NCBI GenBank assembly: GCA_963674755.2
Contig: CAXXVS010000001.1
Coordinates: 64,001 to 128,000 of the forward strand
Length of the DNA: 64,000 nt
Source of the DNA: Desulfobacterales bacterium
GTDB lineage: Bacteria > Desulfobacterota > Desulfobacteria > Desulfobacterales > UBA5852
Direction of reading: 5' to 3'
In this document: positions 1 through 9,499 of the stretch, piece by piece
How positions within the stretch are numbered: position 1 is the first letter of the stretch
Layout: every line of letters begins with the position of its first letter
Position numbers and translations under genes: made by a program
Notes under the pieces: model-generated
What the model saw: the letters and a program-made list of their open reading frames with translations, nothing else
What the model was told of the DNA's origin: nothing
The model's database searches: none

Positions 1-2
1 TT

Positions 3-587
3 GCGCGCCCCCATATCCCCGCAGATGCCCGCGTGCATCCCCTGGCCTTTCCCATGACCCGGGATATCGAGGCCAAGCAGGCCGCCTGGGCCGCCAATGC
101 CGACATCGTGGCCGACTACCTGTTGCAGGGACGGGATGCGGCCTTTCTCACCCTGGGGGATTCCCTGACGTTTTCCACGTTCGGCTATTTGCTGCGCCAG
201 ATCGGGGCGCGCTACCCGGACATTCCGGTGGAGACCGTTTCCGGCATCACCTCGTATCAGGCGGCGGCCGCGGCCCTCAACATGCCGCTGGTGGAGGGCG
301 AGGAGTCGCTGCTGGTCCTGTCCGGCGCCGAGGGAGGCAACCGCCTGCGGGAACAGACCTGCCAACCGGACAATGTGGTTTTCATGAAAGCCTACCGCAA
401 TATTCCCAGCATCTGCGAGGCGCTGGACGAAGCCGGGATGCTCGGCCAGGCGGCCGGCGTGGTGAGCTGCTCCCTGCCCGGCGAGGAACTGGTGCGGGAT
501 GTAAAAACCCTGTTGCACCGGGAACCCAATTACTGGACCCTGATCATTGCCAAAAAGTCCCCCTCGAATGGCGCGCCGCAGAAATAG
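3..587 (+). CDS. cbiL: Precorrin-2/cobalt-factor II C20-methyltransferase (5' truncated by window edge)
   Basis: Motifs LAFPM, AFLTLGDSLTFSTF, VSGITSYQAAAA, VFMK of the CobI/CbiL tetrapyrrole methylase family; frame is open to the window start. Confidence 0.85.
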   Translation, partial: ARPHIPADARVHPLAFPMTRDIEAKQAAWAANADIVADYLLQGRDAAFLTLGDSLTFSTFGYLLRQIGARYPDIPVETVSGITSYQAAAAALNMPLVEGEESLLVLSGAEGGNRLREQTCQPDNVVFMKAYRNIPSICEALDEAGMLGQAAGVVSCSLPGEELVRDVKTLLHREPNYWTLIIAKKSPSNGAPQK

Positions 588-1620
588 GCATCCCTACCGG
601 GTCCTCGCCTTTTCCCTGGGGCTGACCCTGGTCATGCTGACGGCCGGCGTCTACGGGATCGAGAGCCTTTCCTGGGCCAAGGCGGCGGGCCGGTTGATCC
701 GGCCGCTTTTGCGCCTGCTGGGCTTTATCCTGGTCGGTCTGGCGGCCGGCCAGGTGATCGAAGCCCTGGGCTGGACCCGGGCCCTGGCCATTGCCGCCCG
801 TCCCGCGTTCCGGTTCGGCCGCCTGGGCCACCGCTGCGGGGCGGCCTTCATGGCGGCCTTCGTCTCCGGCGTAACCGCCAACGCCATGCTGGTGGAATTT
901 TACCGAGACGATAAGATCACGCGTCCCCAGCTGTTTCTGACCAACTTCATCAATCAGTTTCCGGCCTTCTTTCTGCACCTGCCCACCACCTTTTTCATTG
1001 TTATTCCCCTGACGGGAAGGGCCGGTGGGCTCTATTTCCTGCTGACGTTTTTCGCGGCCCTGCTGAGGACCCTGCTGCTGCTGGTCTACGGCCATTTCCG
1101 GTTGCCCATGCCACTGGGCGAGGGAGCACTGCCGGATGCCGCCCAAGGGCCCAAGCGTCCATCGTGGCGGGAGGTTTGGGCCGGCGTGCGTCGTAAACTG
1201 CCCCGGCGCATGACCATGGTGGCGGTCTGGGTGATGCCCATTTATGTGGCGGTATTTCTGGCCAATACGCTGGGGTGGTTTAGCTTCATGCAGGATGCCC
1301 TGGCGCATCTGGTGGTCTCTTCCTTCATGCCCGTGGAGAGCCTCTCGGTGGTGGTTTTAAGTTTCGTGGCCGAATTCACTTCCGGCTTCGCCGCCGCTGG
1401 CGCGCTGATGTCGGCCGGTGTGCTGACCGTCAAACAAACTGTCGTGGCCCTGCTCATGGGGAATGTCCTGGCCTTTCCCATCCGGGCCCTGCGCCATCAA
1501 CTGCCCCACTATATGGGCATCTTTCAGCCCAAAATGGGCACCCAGCTGCTGGTCATGGGGCAGATCCTGCGGATCGGCAGCATCCTGGCGGTGGGCGCGG
1601 TCTATGTTCTGCTCGGCTAA
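568..1620 (+). CDS. Nucleoside-recognition (Gate) domain membrane protein
   Basis: Multi-TM protein with two internal repeats (AFVSG..ANAML; F..EF.SGFAAAGAL); lies in the cobalamin operon; start at ATG 568. Confidence 0.65.
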   Translation: MARRRNRHPYRVLAFSLGLTLVMLTAGVYGIESLSWAKAAGRLIRPLLRLLGFILVGLAAGQVIEALGWTRALAIAARPAFRFGRLGHRCGAAFMAAFVSGVTANAMLVEFYRDDKITRPQLFLTNFINQFPAFFLHLPTTFFIVIPLTGRAGGLYFLLTFFAALLRTLLLLVYGHFRLPMPLGEGALPDAAQGPKRPSWREVWAGVRRKLPRRMTMVAVWVMPIYVAVFLANTLGWFSFMQDALAHLVVSSFMPVESLSVVVLSFVAEFTSGFAAAGALMSAGVLTVKQTVVALLMGNVLAFPIRALRHQLPHYMGIFQPKMGTQLLVMGQILRIGSILAVGAVYVLLG

Positions 1621-1732
1621 TTCCCTGTTGACCCGGCCACGGCTTTTCGCTACATTGCCTACCCAACTGCGGGGCGAACCCCGCCGACGGCTTGATTCAT
1701 CCAAATAATCGTTATCTTTCGCCACGGCATAA

Positions 1733-1787
1733 GCGCCACGAAGGTGCCCTTCCCCATGAAGGTGGGCGGCTTGCGTGGCGTTTTTTT
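1733..1787 (+). promoter_or_regulatory. Terminator/attenuator-like hairpin in the leader of the DUF4198 gene
   Basis: CGCCACG (1734-1740) pairs with CGTGGCG (1774-1780), with an inner stem, followed by T7, just upstream of the RBS. Confidence 0.5.
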
Positions 1788-1804
1788 ATGCATGGAGGAA
1801 AGTT

Positions 1805-2587
1805 ATGTCCAGATTGGCAGGCAAAATGATCGGCGCGGCAATGGTGACGGTATTTCTGATGGCAGGGACGGCCGGGGCGCATTTCGGGATGGTGATCCCC
1901 TCAGACAACATGGTCATGCAGGATGATGCCCGCAGCGTCGATGTCACTCTCAGCTTTTCCCACCCCATGGAAATGGTGGGCATGGACCTCGTCAAGCCCA
2001 AGGTCTTCAGCGTCCGGGCCAACGGGGAAATGCAGGATCTGCTGGGCCAGCTGCAGTCCACCAAGGTCATGGACCACCAGGCCTGGAAGACCGCCTACAA
2101 GGTCAAACGCCCGGGCGTCTACATGTTCGTCATGGAACCCCAGCCCTACTGGGAACCAGCCGAAGACTGCTACATCATTCACTATACCAAGACGGTGGTG
2201 ACGGCTTTCGGCGACGACGAGGGGTGGGACGAAGAGGTGGGGTTGGCCACCGAAATCGTCCCGTTGTCCAAACCCTACGGCCTTTACGCCGGCAATCTCT
2301 TCCAGGGCATCGTCAAGCTCAACGGAAAGGCCGTGCCCAATGCCGAAGTGGAAGTGGAGTATTATAATCAGGACCACAAGGCGACCGCCCCTACGGATTA
2401 CATGGTCACCCAAACCATCAAGGCCGACCAGAACGGGGTGTTTTCCTACGCGGTGCCCCAGGCCGGCTGGTGGGGATTTGCCGCGCTGAACACGGCCGAT
2501 TACAAACTCAAGGCCGACGGCGAGGACAAGGACGTGGAGCTGGGTGCCGTGATCTGGATCAAGTTCGAACCGTGGCAGACCAAGTAG
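1805..2587 (+). CDS. DUF4198 periplasmic Ni/Co-uptake-associated protein
   Basis: Signal peptide ending AGA-HF, FSHPME, PQPYWEPAEDCYIIHYTK, GWWGFAAL; RBS GGAGGA. Confidence 0.85.
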   Translation: MSRLAGKMIGAAMVTVFLMAGTAGAHFGMVIPSDNMVMQDDARSVDVTLSFSHPMEMVGMDLVKPKVFSVRANGEMQDLLGQLQSTKVMDHQAWKTAYKVKRPGVYMFVMEPQPYWEPAEDCYIIHYTKTVVTAFGDDEGWDEEVGLATEIVPLSKPYGLYAGNLFQGIVKLNGKAVPNAEVEVEYYNQDHKATAPTDYMVTQTIKADQNGVFSYAVPQAGWWGFAALNTADYKLKADGEDKDVELGAVIWIKFEPWQTK

Positions 2588-2784
2588 TGCCCATCCGTAA
2601 ATAGCATCTCTCGGCCCCTGGCGGCATTCTCGCCTCCTGTCGGTTCTCGGGCGTAGCCCGGCTACGCCTGTGGGCGCCAGTCGGCGGTGATTTGTTGAAC
2701 ACCGATGTGCCCAAAGATCAGACATGAAATCCCGCGCTGTGCGCCGGGACCAGGAACCAAAATCTGCCATTTATGGATGGGCAC
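2587..2784. repeat. MITE-like non-coding element with 16-bp terminal inverted repeats
   Basis: GTGCCCATCCGTAAAT (2587-2602) versus ATTTATGGATGGGCAC (2769-2784), 15/16 complementary; internal palindrome GGCGTAGC-ccg-GCTACGCC (2650-2668). Confidence 0.6.
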
Positions 2785-2877
2785 GAAGGAAGACCGTCCC
2801 GCATTGCTGCAGGACATGGCGGTCACCGTCCGGCCTGCCCGGGCGGCGGCCATACGGTTACACAGAGAAGGTTGCCC

Positions 2878-3516
2878 ATGCATATTTCCGAAGGTGTTCT
2901 CTCGGGCCCCGTGCTGCTCACCGGCGGCGCCCTGGCGGCGGCCGGTACGGCTGTCGGGCTTAAAACCCTGGATTACGATCATATCGCCCGGGTGGGCCTG
3001 CTGTCGTCGGCTTTTTTCGTGGCCTCGCTGATCCATGTGCCCATCGGTCCATCCAGCGTACATTTGATTTTAAACGGCCTGGTCGGGTTGATGCTGGGCT
3101 GGGCGGCTTTTCCGGCTATTTTGGTGGCCCTGATCCTCCAGGCCGTGTTTTTTCAATTCGGCGGGTTGACCACCTTGGGTGTCAATACCGTGATCATGGC
3201 CGGGCCGGCCGTGGTCTGCCACTATCTGTTCGGGCCGCTGGTGGTCCGGAACAACCGCATGACGCTGCCCGCCGCCTTTGCCTGCGGATTTGCCGGCACG
3301 TTGTTGGCGGCCGTGGTGGCCGGTGCGGCTTTGATGTTCACTGAAACAGGTTTTCTGGAAGTCACGTTGCTGATCATGACGGCCCACCTGCCGGTCATGG
3401 TGATCGAAGGGCTGATCACACTATTCTGCGTGGCGTTTTTCCGGCGGGTGCAGCCGGATCTTCTGCCGATGAGCGGCGGCGATTTCGTTGCACCGGCCGA
3501 AAGGAAGGGACCATGA
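2878..3516 (+). CDS. cbiM: ECF cobalt/nickel transporter substrate-binding component CbiM
   Basis: N-terminal MHISEGVL metal-binding motif, GPSSVH, QFGGLTTLGVN. Confidence 0.9.
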   Translation: MHISEGVLSGPVLLTGGALAAAGTAVGLKTLDYDHIARVGLLSSAFFVASLIHVPIGPSSVHLILNGLVGLMLGWAAFPAILVALILQAVFFQFGGLTTLGVNTVIMAGPAVVCHYLFGPLVVRNNRMTLPAAFACGFAGTLLAAVVAGAALMFTETGFLEVTLLIMTAHLPVMVIEGLITLFCVAFFRRVQPDLLPMSGGDFVAPAERKGP

Positions 3517-4148
3517 AACAGGAAAACGATGGGGCGATCTGGCGGACGCGAGTCGTCGCAGGGTCTATCTTGGGAATTGCGGCAGGATTGTTCCTGCTGC
3601 TCGCTCCGGTCCGGGCACTGGCCCACAAAGTCACGGTCTTCGCCTGGGTGGAAGGTGACACCGTCCATACCGAGAGCAAATTCAGCGGCGGGCGGGTGGC
3701 CAAGGAGGCCCGGATCGAAGTCTATGATGCCGCCGGGCAAAAACTCCTCGAAGGCCGGACCGACGACCAGGGACGCTTTATCTTTAAACCCCCACGCCCG
3801 GAAGCCCTGCGCATCGTTTTGATTGCCGGCACCGGCCATCAGAACGAATGGCGCGTAGCCGCCGACGAATTCACCGATGCGCCCGCGTCCACCGCCCCGG
3901 CGACGCCAGCCCCCGCATCGGCCCCGTCTTCCACGGGCAAGGCTGGGAGCGGCACGCTGACCCTTTCCCCCGGCGAGTTCCAGACACTGATCGATCAGGC
4001 CCTGGACCGGAAGCTGGCCCCCATCATGCACCGTTTGGTAGCGCTCGATAAGGGGCCTTCCGTGAGTGATATCCTCGGGGGGATCGGTTATATCATCGGC
4101 CTGGTGGGCCTGGGGGCCTACCTTCAATCACGGCGCAAAAGCGGATAG
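3513..4148 (+). CDS. Additional periplasmic/membrane component of the Co/Ni ECF transporter (NikL-like)
   Basis: Signal peptide ending AH-KV, GRTDDQGRFIF, AGTGH, C-terminal DILGGIGYIIG TM; between cbiM and cbiQ. Confidence 0.7.
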   Translation: MKQENDGAIWRTRVVAGSILGIAAGLFLLLAPVRALAHKVTVFAWVEGDTVHTESKFSGGRVAKEARIEVYDAAGQKLLEGRTDDQGRFIFKPPRPEALRIVLIAGTGHQNEWRVAADEFTDAPASTAPATPAPASAPSSTGKAGSGTLTLSPGEFQTLIDQALDRKLAPIMHRLVALDKGPSVSDILGGIGYIIGLVGLGAYLQSRRKSG

Positions 4149-4152
4149 CGTC

Positions 4153-4905
4153 ATGATTGCCGAACCACTGGCCTATGGTGATTCTTTTTTACACCGCATC
4201 GATCCCCGGCTGCGAATCGTCGTGGCGGCCCTGTTTTCCTGCAGCGTAGCGGTATTTCATGCCCTTGCGGCCCTGCTGGCGGCCTGCCTGTTAGCCCTGC
4301 TGCTTCTTTTGGTGTCAGGTTTGGATTGGCGGGAAATCGGCCGCCGGATGGCGGTGCTGCTGGGGTTTTTGCTGCTGCTGTGGTGCCTGCTGCCCCTCAC
4401 CTATAAGGGAGATGTCCTGGGGCGGGTGGGTCCTTTGACGTTCTATTGGCCGGGGGTTCTGCTCTCGAGCCAAATCACCTTGAAATCCCTCGCCATCGTT
4501 GCGGTCTTCACCGCCCTGGCGGCCACGATTCCGATCAATACCCTGGGGCAATCCCTGGCCCGCTTGCATGTGCCCGCCAAGCTCGTTTACCTGTTGCTGA
4601 TGTGTTACCGCTATATCTTTGTGATTGAGCAGGAATACCGTCGTTTGGTGGCCGCGATGAAGATCAGGGGCTTTCAGCCCCGGACCAACCTGCATACCTA
4701 CCGCAGCTATGCCTACCTGGTGGGCATGCTTTTCGTGCGGGCGGCAAGCCGTGCGGACCGCGTCCACCAGGCCATGCGTTGCCGGGGCTTCGACGGCCGC
4801 TTTCATTCCTTGGCCGTATTCCCGGCTCATCCGGTCAATCGATGGTTTGCCGCTACGGCCGCATCTGCTATGATCGTTCTCCTCTGGATGGAGTGGTTTT
4901 TTTGA
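4153..4905 (+). CDS. cbiQ: ECF transporter T component CbiQ
   Basis: HRIDPR, YRYIFVI, AMKIRGF, AMRCRGF motifs. Confidence 0.9.
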   Translation: MIAEPLAYGDSFLHRIDPRLRIVVAALFSCSVAVFHALAALLAACLLALLLLLVSGLDWREIGRRMAVLLGFLLLLWCLLPLTYKGDVLGRVGPLTFYWPGVLLSSQITLKSLAIVAVFTALAATIPINTLGQSLARLHVPAKLVYLLLMCYRYIFVIEQEYRRLVAAMKIRGFQPRTNLHTYRSYAYLVGMLFVRAASRADRVHQAMRCRGFDGRFHSLAVFPAHPVNRWFAATAASAMIVLLWMEWFF

Positions 4906-4962
4906 AAAAACGGCAGGGATTCGGCATGCCCCTGTGGATTCCCCGAAGGAGAGGGCCCCTAC

Positions 4963-5757
4963 ATGATCGCGGATCAAGATCGGATGCCGGTGGTTCTGGT
5001 GGCATCCGGAACGGCAACGCAAGCATTCGATACTTATCGACAGATCGAAGCGGGATGCCGCCGCTGCTTCCCGGGGCATCCCTTCCACCTGGCGTTTTCT
5101 TCACGCGCCATCCGCAGGCGCGCCCATGAAACAGCGGGCGTGCAACTGGCGACGCCACAAGCCGTTCTGGAACAGCTGGCCCGATCCGGCCATCGCCAGG
5201 CGGTGATTCAATCCCTCCATTTGATCTGCGGTCTTGAATTCCATCAGATGGTCTGGAAGGCTGCCCAGGGCCCTCTGGAACTACATCTTGGCCTGCCCCT
5301 TCTGGCATCTCCCGATGACTTCGAGGCCGTTCTGGCTTGGATTGCCGCCGTCCGTCCCGGGCAAGGGGAGGATGGCCTGGTACTGGTGGCCCATGGGACG
5401 GATCACCCGGCCTGGATGGCCTATGCTCTTTTGAGGGCGAAAATGGCGGCCCGTTTCGGGGATAAGATTTTTCTGGGGCAGGTGAAGGGCGGCCCCGCCC
5501 CGGCGGTGGTGGCCGAACGGCTGGCGGCCGCCGGCTGCCGTCGGGTGCACTTGCGCCCCTTCATGCTGGTGGCCGGCGCGCATTTCATGAAAGATGTGGC
5601 CGGCGATGGGCCCACCTCCTGGAAGGCGCAATTGGGCAAACAGGGTCTGACCGTCATTCCCCAAGGGGAAGGTTTGGGAACCCACCCGGCGGCGGTCGCT
5701 CTTTTTTGCCGTCACATCAAGGCGGCCCTCGCCGCCCCACCCTTGAAACTGGATTGA
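4963..5757 (+). CDS. cbiK: Sirohydrochlorin cobaltochelatase (CbiK family, no signal peptide)
   Basis: AFSSRAIR, QSLHLICGLEF, AHGTDH, PFMLVAGAH..D.AG..SWK. Confidence 0.8.
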   Translation: MIADQDRMPVVLVASGTATQAFDTYRQIEAGCRRCFPGHPFHLAFSSRAIRRRAHETAGVQLATPQAVLEQLARSGHRQAVIQSLHLICGLEFHQMVWKAAQGPLELHLGLPLLASPDDFEAVLAWIAAVRPGQGEDGLVLVAHGTDHPAWMAYALLRAKMAARFGDKIFLGQVKGGPAPAVVAERLAAAGCRRVHLRPFMLVAGAHFMKDVAGDGPTSWKAQLGKQGLTVIPQGEGLGTHPAAVALFCRHIKAALAAPPLKLD

Positions 5758-5766
5758 AACGCAATC

Positions 5767-6504
5767 GTGGCGAACCACGATCAGAACAATTCCTTAATTT
5801 CGTTACGGGACATCCATTTCGGTTATCCGGGCAGGCCCCAGGTTCTCAACGGCCTGGACTTTGATCTTTTCCAGGGCGAGCGGGTAGGATTGGTGGCCCC
5901 CAACGGCAGCGGCAAGACGACCCTGTTTCATGTGATCATGGGCCTTTTGAAGCCGGCCAGGGGCCAGATCCGGCTGTTCGGCCGCCTTGTCGAGACCGAA
6001 GCCGATTTTGCATCGGCAAGGCGCCGTATCGGATTGCTCTTCCAGGATGCCGACGACCAGCTCTTCAGCCCGACGGTTCTGGAGGATGTGGCCTTCGGGC
6101 CCCTCAACCTGGGCAAAAGCCGTGACGACGCCATCGATGTGGCCCGCCGCACCTTAGCCGGATTGGGGCTGTCCGGTTTTGAAGACCGGGTGACGTTTCG
6201 TCTTTCAGGCGGCGAGAAGCGGCTGGTGTCGTTGGCCACCGTTTTGGCCATGGAGCCCGAGGTTTTGCTGCTGGACGAGCCCACCAGCGGTTTGGATGAT
6301 AAGACCCGCCATACCCTGACCCATCTGATCCAGGGGTTTGAATTGGCCTACGTGGTCATTTCGCACAACGTCCGCTTTCTCGCTGAAATCACCACAAAAA
6401 CCTATTCCATGGCCGACGGCCGCGTTCTGGTGGATGAAGAAGTCCATTTTCACGAACACGTACATGCCCATCGTCATGGCCAGGTACCGCATCGTCACGA
6501 GTAG
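5767..6504 (+). CDS. cbiO: ECF transporter ATPase CbiO with His-rich tail
   Basis: Walker A APNGSGKT, FQDADDQLF, LSGGEK, LLLDEP; tail HFHEHVHAHRH. Confidence 0.9.
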   Translation: MANHDQNNSLISLRDIHFGYPGRPQVLNGLDFDLFQGERVGLVAPNGSGKTTLFHVIMGLLKPARGQIRLFGRLVETEADFASARRRIGLLFQDADDQLFSPTVLEDVAFGPLNLGKSRDDAIDVARRTLAGLGLSGFEDRVTFRLSGGEKRLVSLATVLAMEPEVLLLDEPTSGLDDKTRHTLTHLIQGFELAYVVISHNVRFLAEITTKTYSMADGRVLVDEEVHFHEHVHAHRHGQVPHRHE

Positions 6505-6718
6505 GCCAAATGGGGGGTTATGGGTTATATCCCATTGTAATTACGCCATTTTTTTTTGGCACTGCCAAATACTGATGGCGCTTGGCCGCCTGAATCTCGT
6601 GCTTCCAAACGGCGTTAAAGTATCATCCTCCATTTCCCCAGCGATTTATCTGCCGAATATATTTGGTATTCCGGTTGCGGACCGCAGCGGCCTGTTCTGT
6701 GATGGGTTTAGCGGCAAC

Positions 6719-6734
6719 TGGTATATTCCTTGCA
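6719..6734 (+). promoter_or_regulatory. sigma54 (-24/-12) promoter of the molybdoenzyme operon
   Basis: TGGTATA-TTCC-TTGCA with exact GG-N10-GC spacing, about 110 nt upstream of the ATG. Confidence 0.65.
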
Positions 6735-6846
6735 TTTTGTGCATCGCTGTGCAATTCGTTGATCCTATTCATCAGAGCCCTTACGGGTATCTCACAATGA
6801 TGTCTGCTCCGGCAGCTAATCATTTTTATTATTGGGGAGGAAAAGC

Positions 6847-8931
6847 ATGACGCAATCAATTTACAGCCTCTGTTTCATGTGCTCGGTGCGGTGCCCGATC
6901 AGGGTTGAAGTCAAGGACGGGCAGGTGAAATGGATTGAAGGCAACCCTCACGTGGCTGGCATGGAGGGCAGTCTGTGCCCCAAAGGAGCAGCGGGGATTT
7001 CGCTGCAGTACGACGCCCAGCGCGTCCAAAGTCCGATGATTCGCGAAGGCGATCGCGGCGAAGGCAAATGGCGCAAGGCTTCCTGGGACGAAGCGCTCGA
7101 CTACGTGGCGGAAAAACTCAAGACCGTTATCGACACTTACGGCGGGAAAAGTGTGGTGCTGGGGGAACGCGCCAACCTGGCCACCCATGTCAGCAAGACC
7201 TTTCTTAAGGCGATTGATTCACCCAACCATTTCACCCACGATGCCCTCTGCAAGGGGTCGGTCAACACGGCCTGCCGCAGTCTCTTCGGCTATACCGACG
7301 CCCAAATGGGCATGGACTACAAGAACGCCCGCCACGTCGTGCTCTACGGACGCAATATGTTCGAAGCGGTATCGGTCAAGGAGGTCAACAGCCTGATGGG
7401 GGCCCTGGGCAAAGGCGCCAAACTGACCTATATCGACCCCCGCGTCACGATCACCGCCACCAAGGCCCACCGCTACTGGATGATCAGGCCGGGAACCGAT
7501 CTGGCCCTCAACTATGCCCTAATGAACGTGATTCTCGAGGAGCGCCTCTACGACAGCGCTTTTGTGGATCGCTGGGTGGAGGGCTTGTCCGACCTTCAGG
7601 ACTTTGTGCGGCCCTATACACCGGAATGGGCGGAAAAGGAAACGGGGGTGGCGGCCGATCAAATCAGGGACCTGGCCCGGGAGCTGAGCAAGGTCAAACC
7701 GGCGGTCATCTTCCATTACGGTTATCGGGGAGCCCACCATGCCCACGAAATTTATTTGCGGCGCTCGATCCTGATCCTCAATTGCCTCATGGGCAGCATC
7801 GAAACCCCGGGCGGTTTGTTCTTCAAAAAGGGCCCCGGCGCGGCCGGCGGCAAGCCCGCCCGCAAACTGACCGAACAGGCATTGCCCAAGCCCGACAAGC
7901 CGCGTTTCGACAAAGTGGGAACCAAGGATTTCCCCCTGCCGGACAGCGCCCACGGCGTGGCTCAGATGTTGGCGCCGGCCATCTTGAACGAGGATCCCTA
8001 CCCGATCAAAGCCCTGATCATCAATCGCCTCGACCCGATGAAGTCGATCCCCGACACCAACCAGATGAAGGAGGCCCTCAAAAAGCTCGACCTGGTCGTG
8101 GCTGTGGACGTCAACTACAGCGACCTGGCCTGGTATGCGGATGTCATCCTGCCGGAATCCACCTATCTGGAACGCACCGATTGTGTCCAGCAGGCCAATG
8201 GCCTGAAACCCCAGATGTTTTTGCGGCGTCAGGTCGTGGGCCCGCGCTATGACACCCGGGAGTACTCGGTGATCATGCGGCAGCTGGCCGAACGGCTCGG
8301 GATCGAGAAGTATTTCCCTTACACCACCATGGATGAATTGGTCGCGTGGCAGTTGGAGGGCACCGGATTCACCATGAAGGATTTCGAGGCCAAGGGCTTT
8401 GTGGCCTACGGGAAAAACCAGATTTTCTGGGATCGTTTGGAAGACTTGAAATTGAAGACCCCTTCCGGGAAGATCGAATTCCGGTCGTCACTCCTGGAAG
8501 ACGCGGGATATGAATCATTTCCGGCCTACACACCGGTTCCGGAAGACCGGAAGGACACCTTCCGGCTGGTGGTGGGCCGGGTGGCCCTGCACACCCATGT
8601 GTCCACCCAGAACGTGCCCTATCTGAACGAATTGTTTTCGGAAAACGTTTTGTGGATCAATGCCGCCAAGGCGGCGGCGCTCGGCATCAAAACCGATGAT
8701 CTGGTGGAGATTAAATCCAAGGCCGGTTCCGGGATTCTCAAGGCCTATGTGACCGATATGATTCATCCGGAAGCCGTTTTCATGGTGCACGGCTTCGGGC
8801 ATGAAGCCAAGCTGGCGGCCCGCTCTTACAACAAGGGTGTTTCCGACAGTGTGCTGCAGGAAAACATTACCGACCGGGTTGGTGGAAGCCCGGCGCTGCA
8901 CGATACCTTTGTGACCGTGAAGGCGGCCTAA
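6847..8931 (+). CDS. Mo/W-bisPGD oxidoreductase catalytic subunit, PsrA/PhsA-like, no Tat leader
   Basis: N-terminal CFMCSVRC...C [4Fe-4S] motif starts at residue 9; DALCKG Cys ligand region; ADVILPESTYLER; C-terminal molydop-binding domain. Confidence 0.85.
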   Translation: MTQSIYSLCFMCSVRCPIRVEVKDGQVKWIEGNPHVAGMEGSLCPKGAAGISLQYDAQRVQSPMIREGDRGEGKWRKASWDEALDYVAEKLKTVIDTYGGKSVVLGERANLATHVSKTFLKAIDSPNHFTHDALCKGSVNTACRSLFGYTDAQMGMDYKNARHVVLYGRNMFEAVSVKEVNSLMGALGKGAKLTYIDPRVTITATKAHRYWMIRPGTDLALNYALMNVILEERLYDSAFVDRWVEGLSDLQDFVRPYTPEWAEKETGVAADQIRDLARELSKVKPAVIFHYGYRGAHHAHEIYLRRSILILNCLMGSIETPGGLFFKKGPGAAGGKPARKLTEQALPKPDKPRFDKVGTKDFPLPDSAHGVAQMLAPAILNEDPYPIKALIINRLDPMKSIPDTNQMKEALKKLDLVVAVDVNYSDLAWYADVILPESTYLERTDCVQQANGLKPQMFLRRQVVGPRYDTREYSVIMRQLAERLGIEKYFPYTTMDELVAWQLEGTGFTMKDFEAKGFVAYGKNQIFWDRLEDLKLKTPSGKIEFRSSLLEDAGYESFPAYTPVPEDRKDTFRLVVGRVALHTHVSTQNVPYLNELFSENVLWINAAKAAALGIKTDDLVEIKSKAGSGILKAYVTDMIHPEAVFMVHGFGHEAKLAARSYNKGVSDSVLQENITDRVGGSPALHDTFVTVKAA

Positions 8932-8964
8932 CCGACACCGGATGAACGCTATCGGAGGATTTTC

Positions 8965-9483
8965 ATGAGTAAATACTACCTCTTTCAGGATACCAAAAAG
9001 TGCATTGGCTGCAATACCTGCACGATCCAATGCAAAAGCAACAAAAACCTGCCCTTGGGCCCCAAGATCAGCCAGATCATTCCGGTGGGGCCCAAGATGG
9101 TGGGAGGACTGCCCCGGGCGACCTATGTGTTCATGCCCTGTTTCCACTGCGAAGACCCCTGGTGCGTCGCAGCTTGCCCCACCGGCGCCATGCAGAAACG
9201 GGCCAAGGACGGCATCGTGTTTATCGACCACAGCCTGTGTGTGGGCTGTAAAGCCTGTATTACCGCCTGCCCCTGGGGAGCCCCCCAGTGGAACCCGGAG
9301 ACGGGCAAAGCGGTCAAATGTGACTATTGCATGGACCGGGTGGATCAGGGCCTCAAGCCGGCCTGCGTCACCGTATGCACCACCCATTGCCTGGAGTTCG
9401 GTACGAACGTGGATGAGATCGTCAACGTGCGCAAGCAGCGGCATGCCGAAGCGGTGGCCGCCCTGGACAGCAACGCCCCCTGA
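8965..9483 (+). CDS. 4x[4Fe-4S] electron-transfer subunit (PsrB/DmsB family)
   Basis: CIGCNTC, CFHCEDPWCVAACP, CVGCKAC, KCDYC..PACVTVC. Confidence 0.9.
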   Translation: MSKYYLFQDTKKCIGCNTCTIQCKSNKNLPLGPKISQIIPVGPKMVGGLPRATYVFMPCFHCEDPWCVAACPTGAMQKRAKDGIVFIDHSLCVGCKACITACPWGAPQWNPETGKAVKCDYCMDRVDQGLKPACVTVCTTHCLEFGTNVDEIVNVRKQRHAEAVAALDSNAP

Positions 9484-9499
9484 TCGTGCGGGGTAAGGG

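Noticed and set aside
1620..2878. Cobalamin riboswitch, or a shared CACGAAGG leader motif at about 1737 and 2782
   Set aside because: No B12-box pattern seen; the second copy overlaps the MITE terminal repeat, so the match is probably chance.
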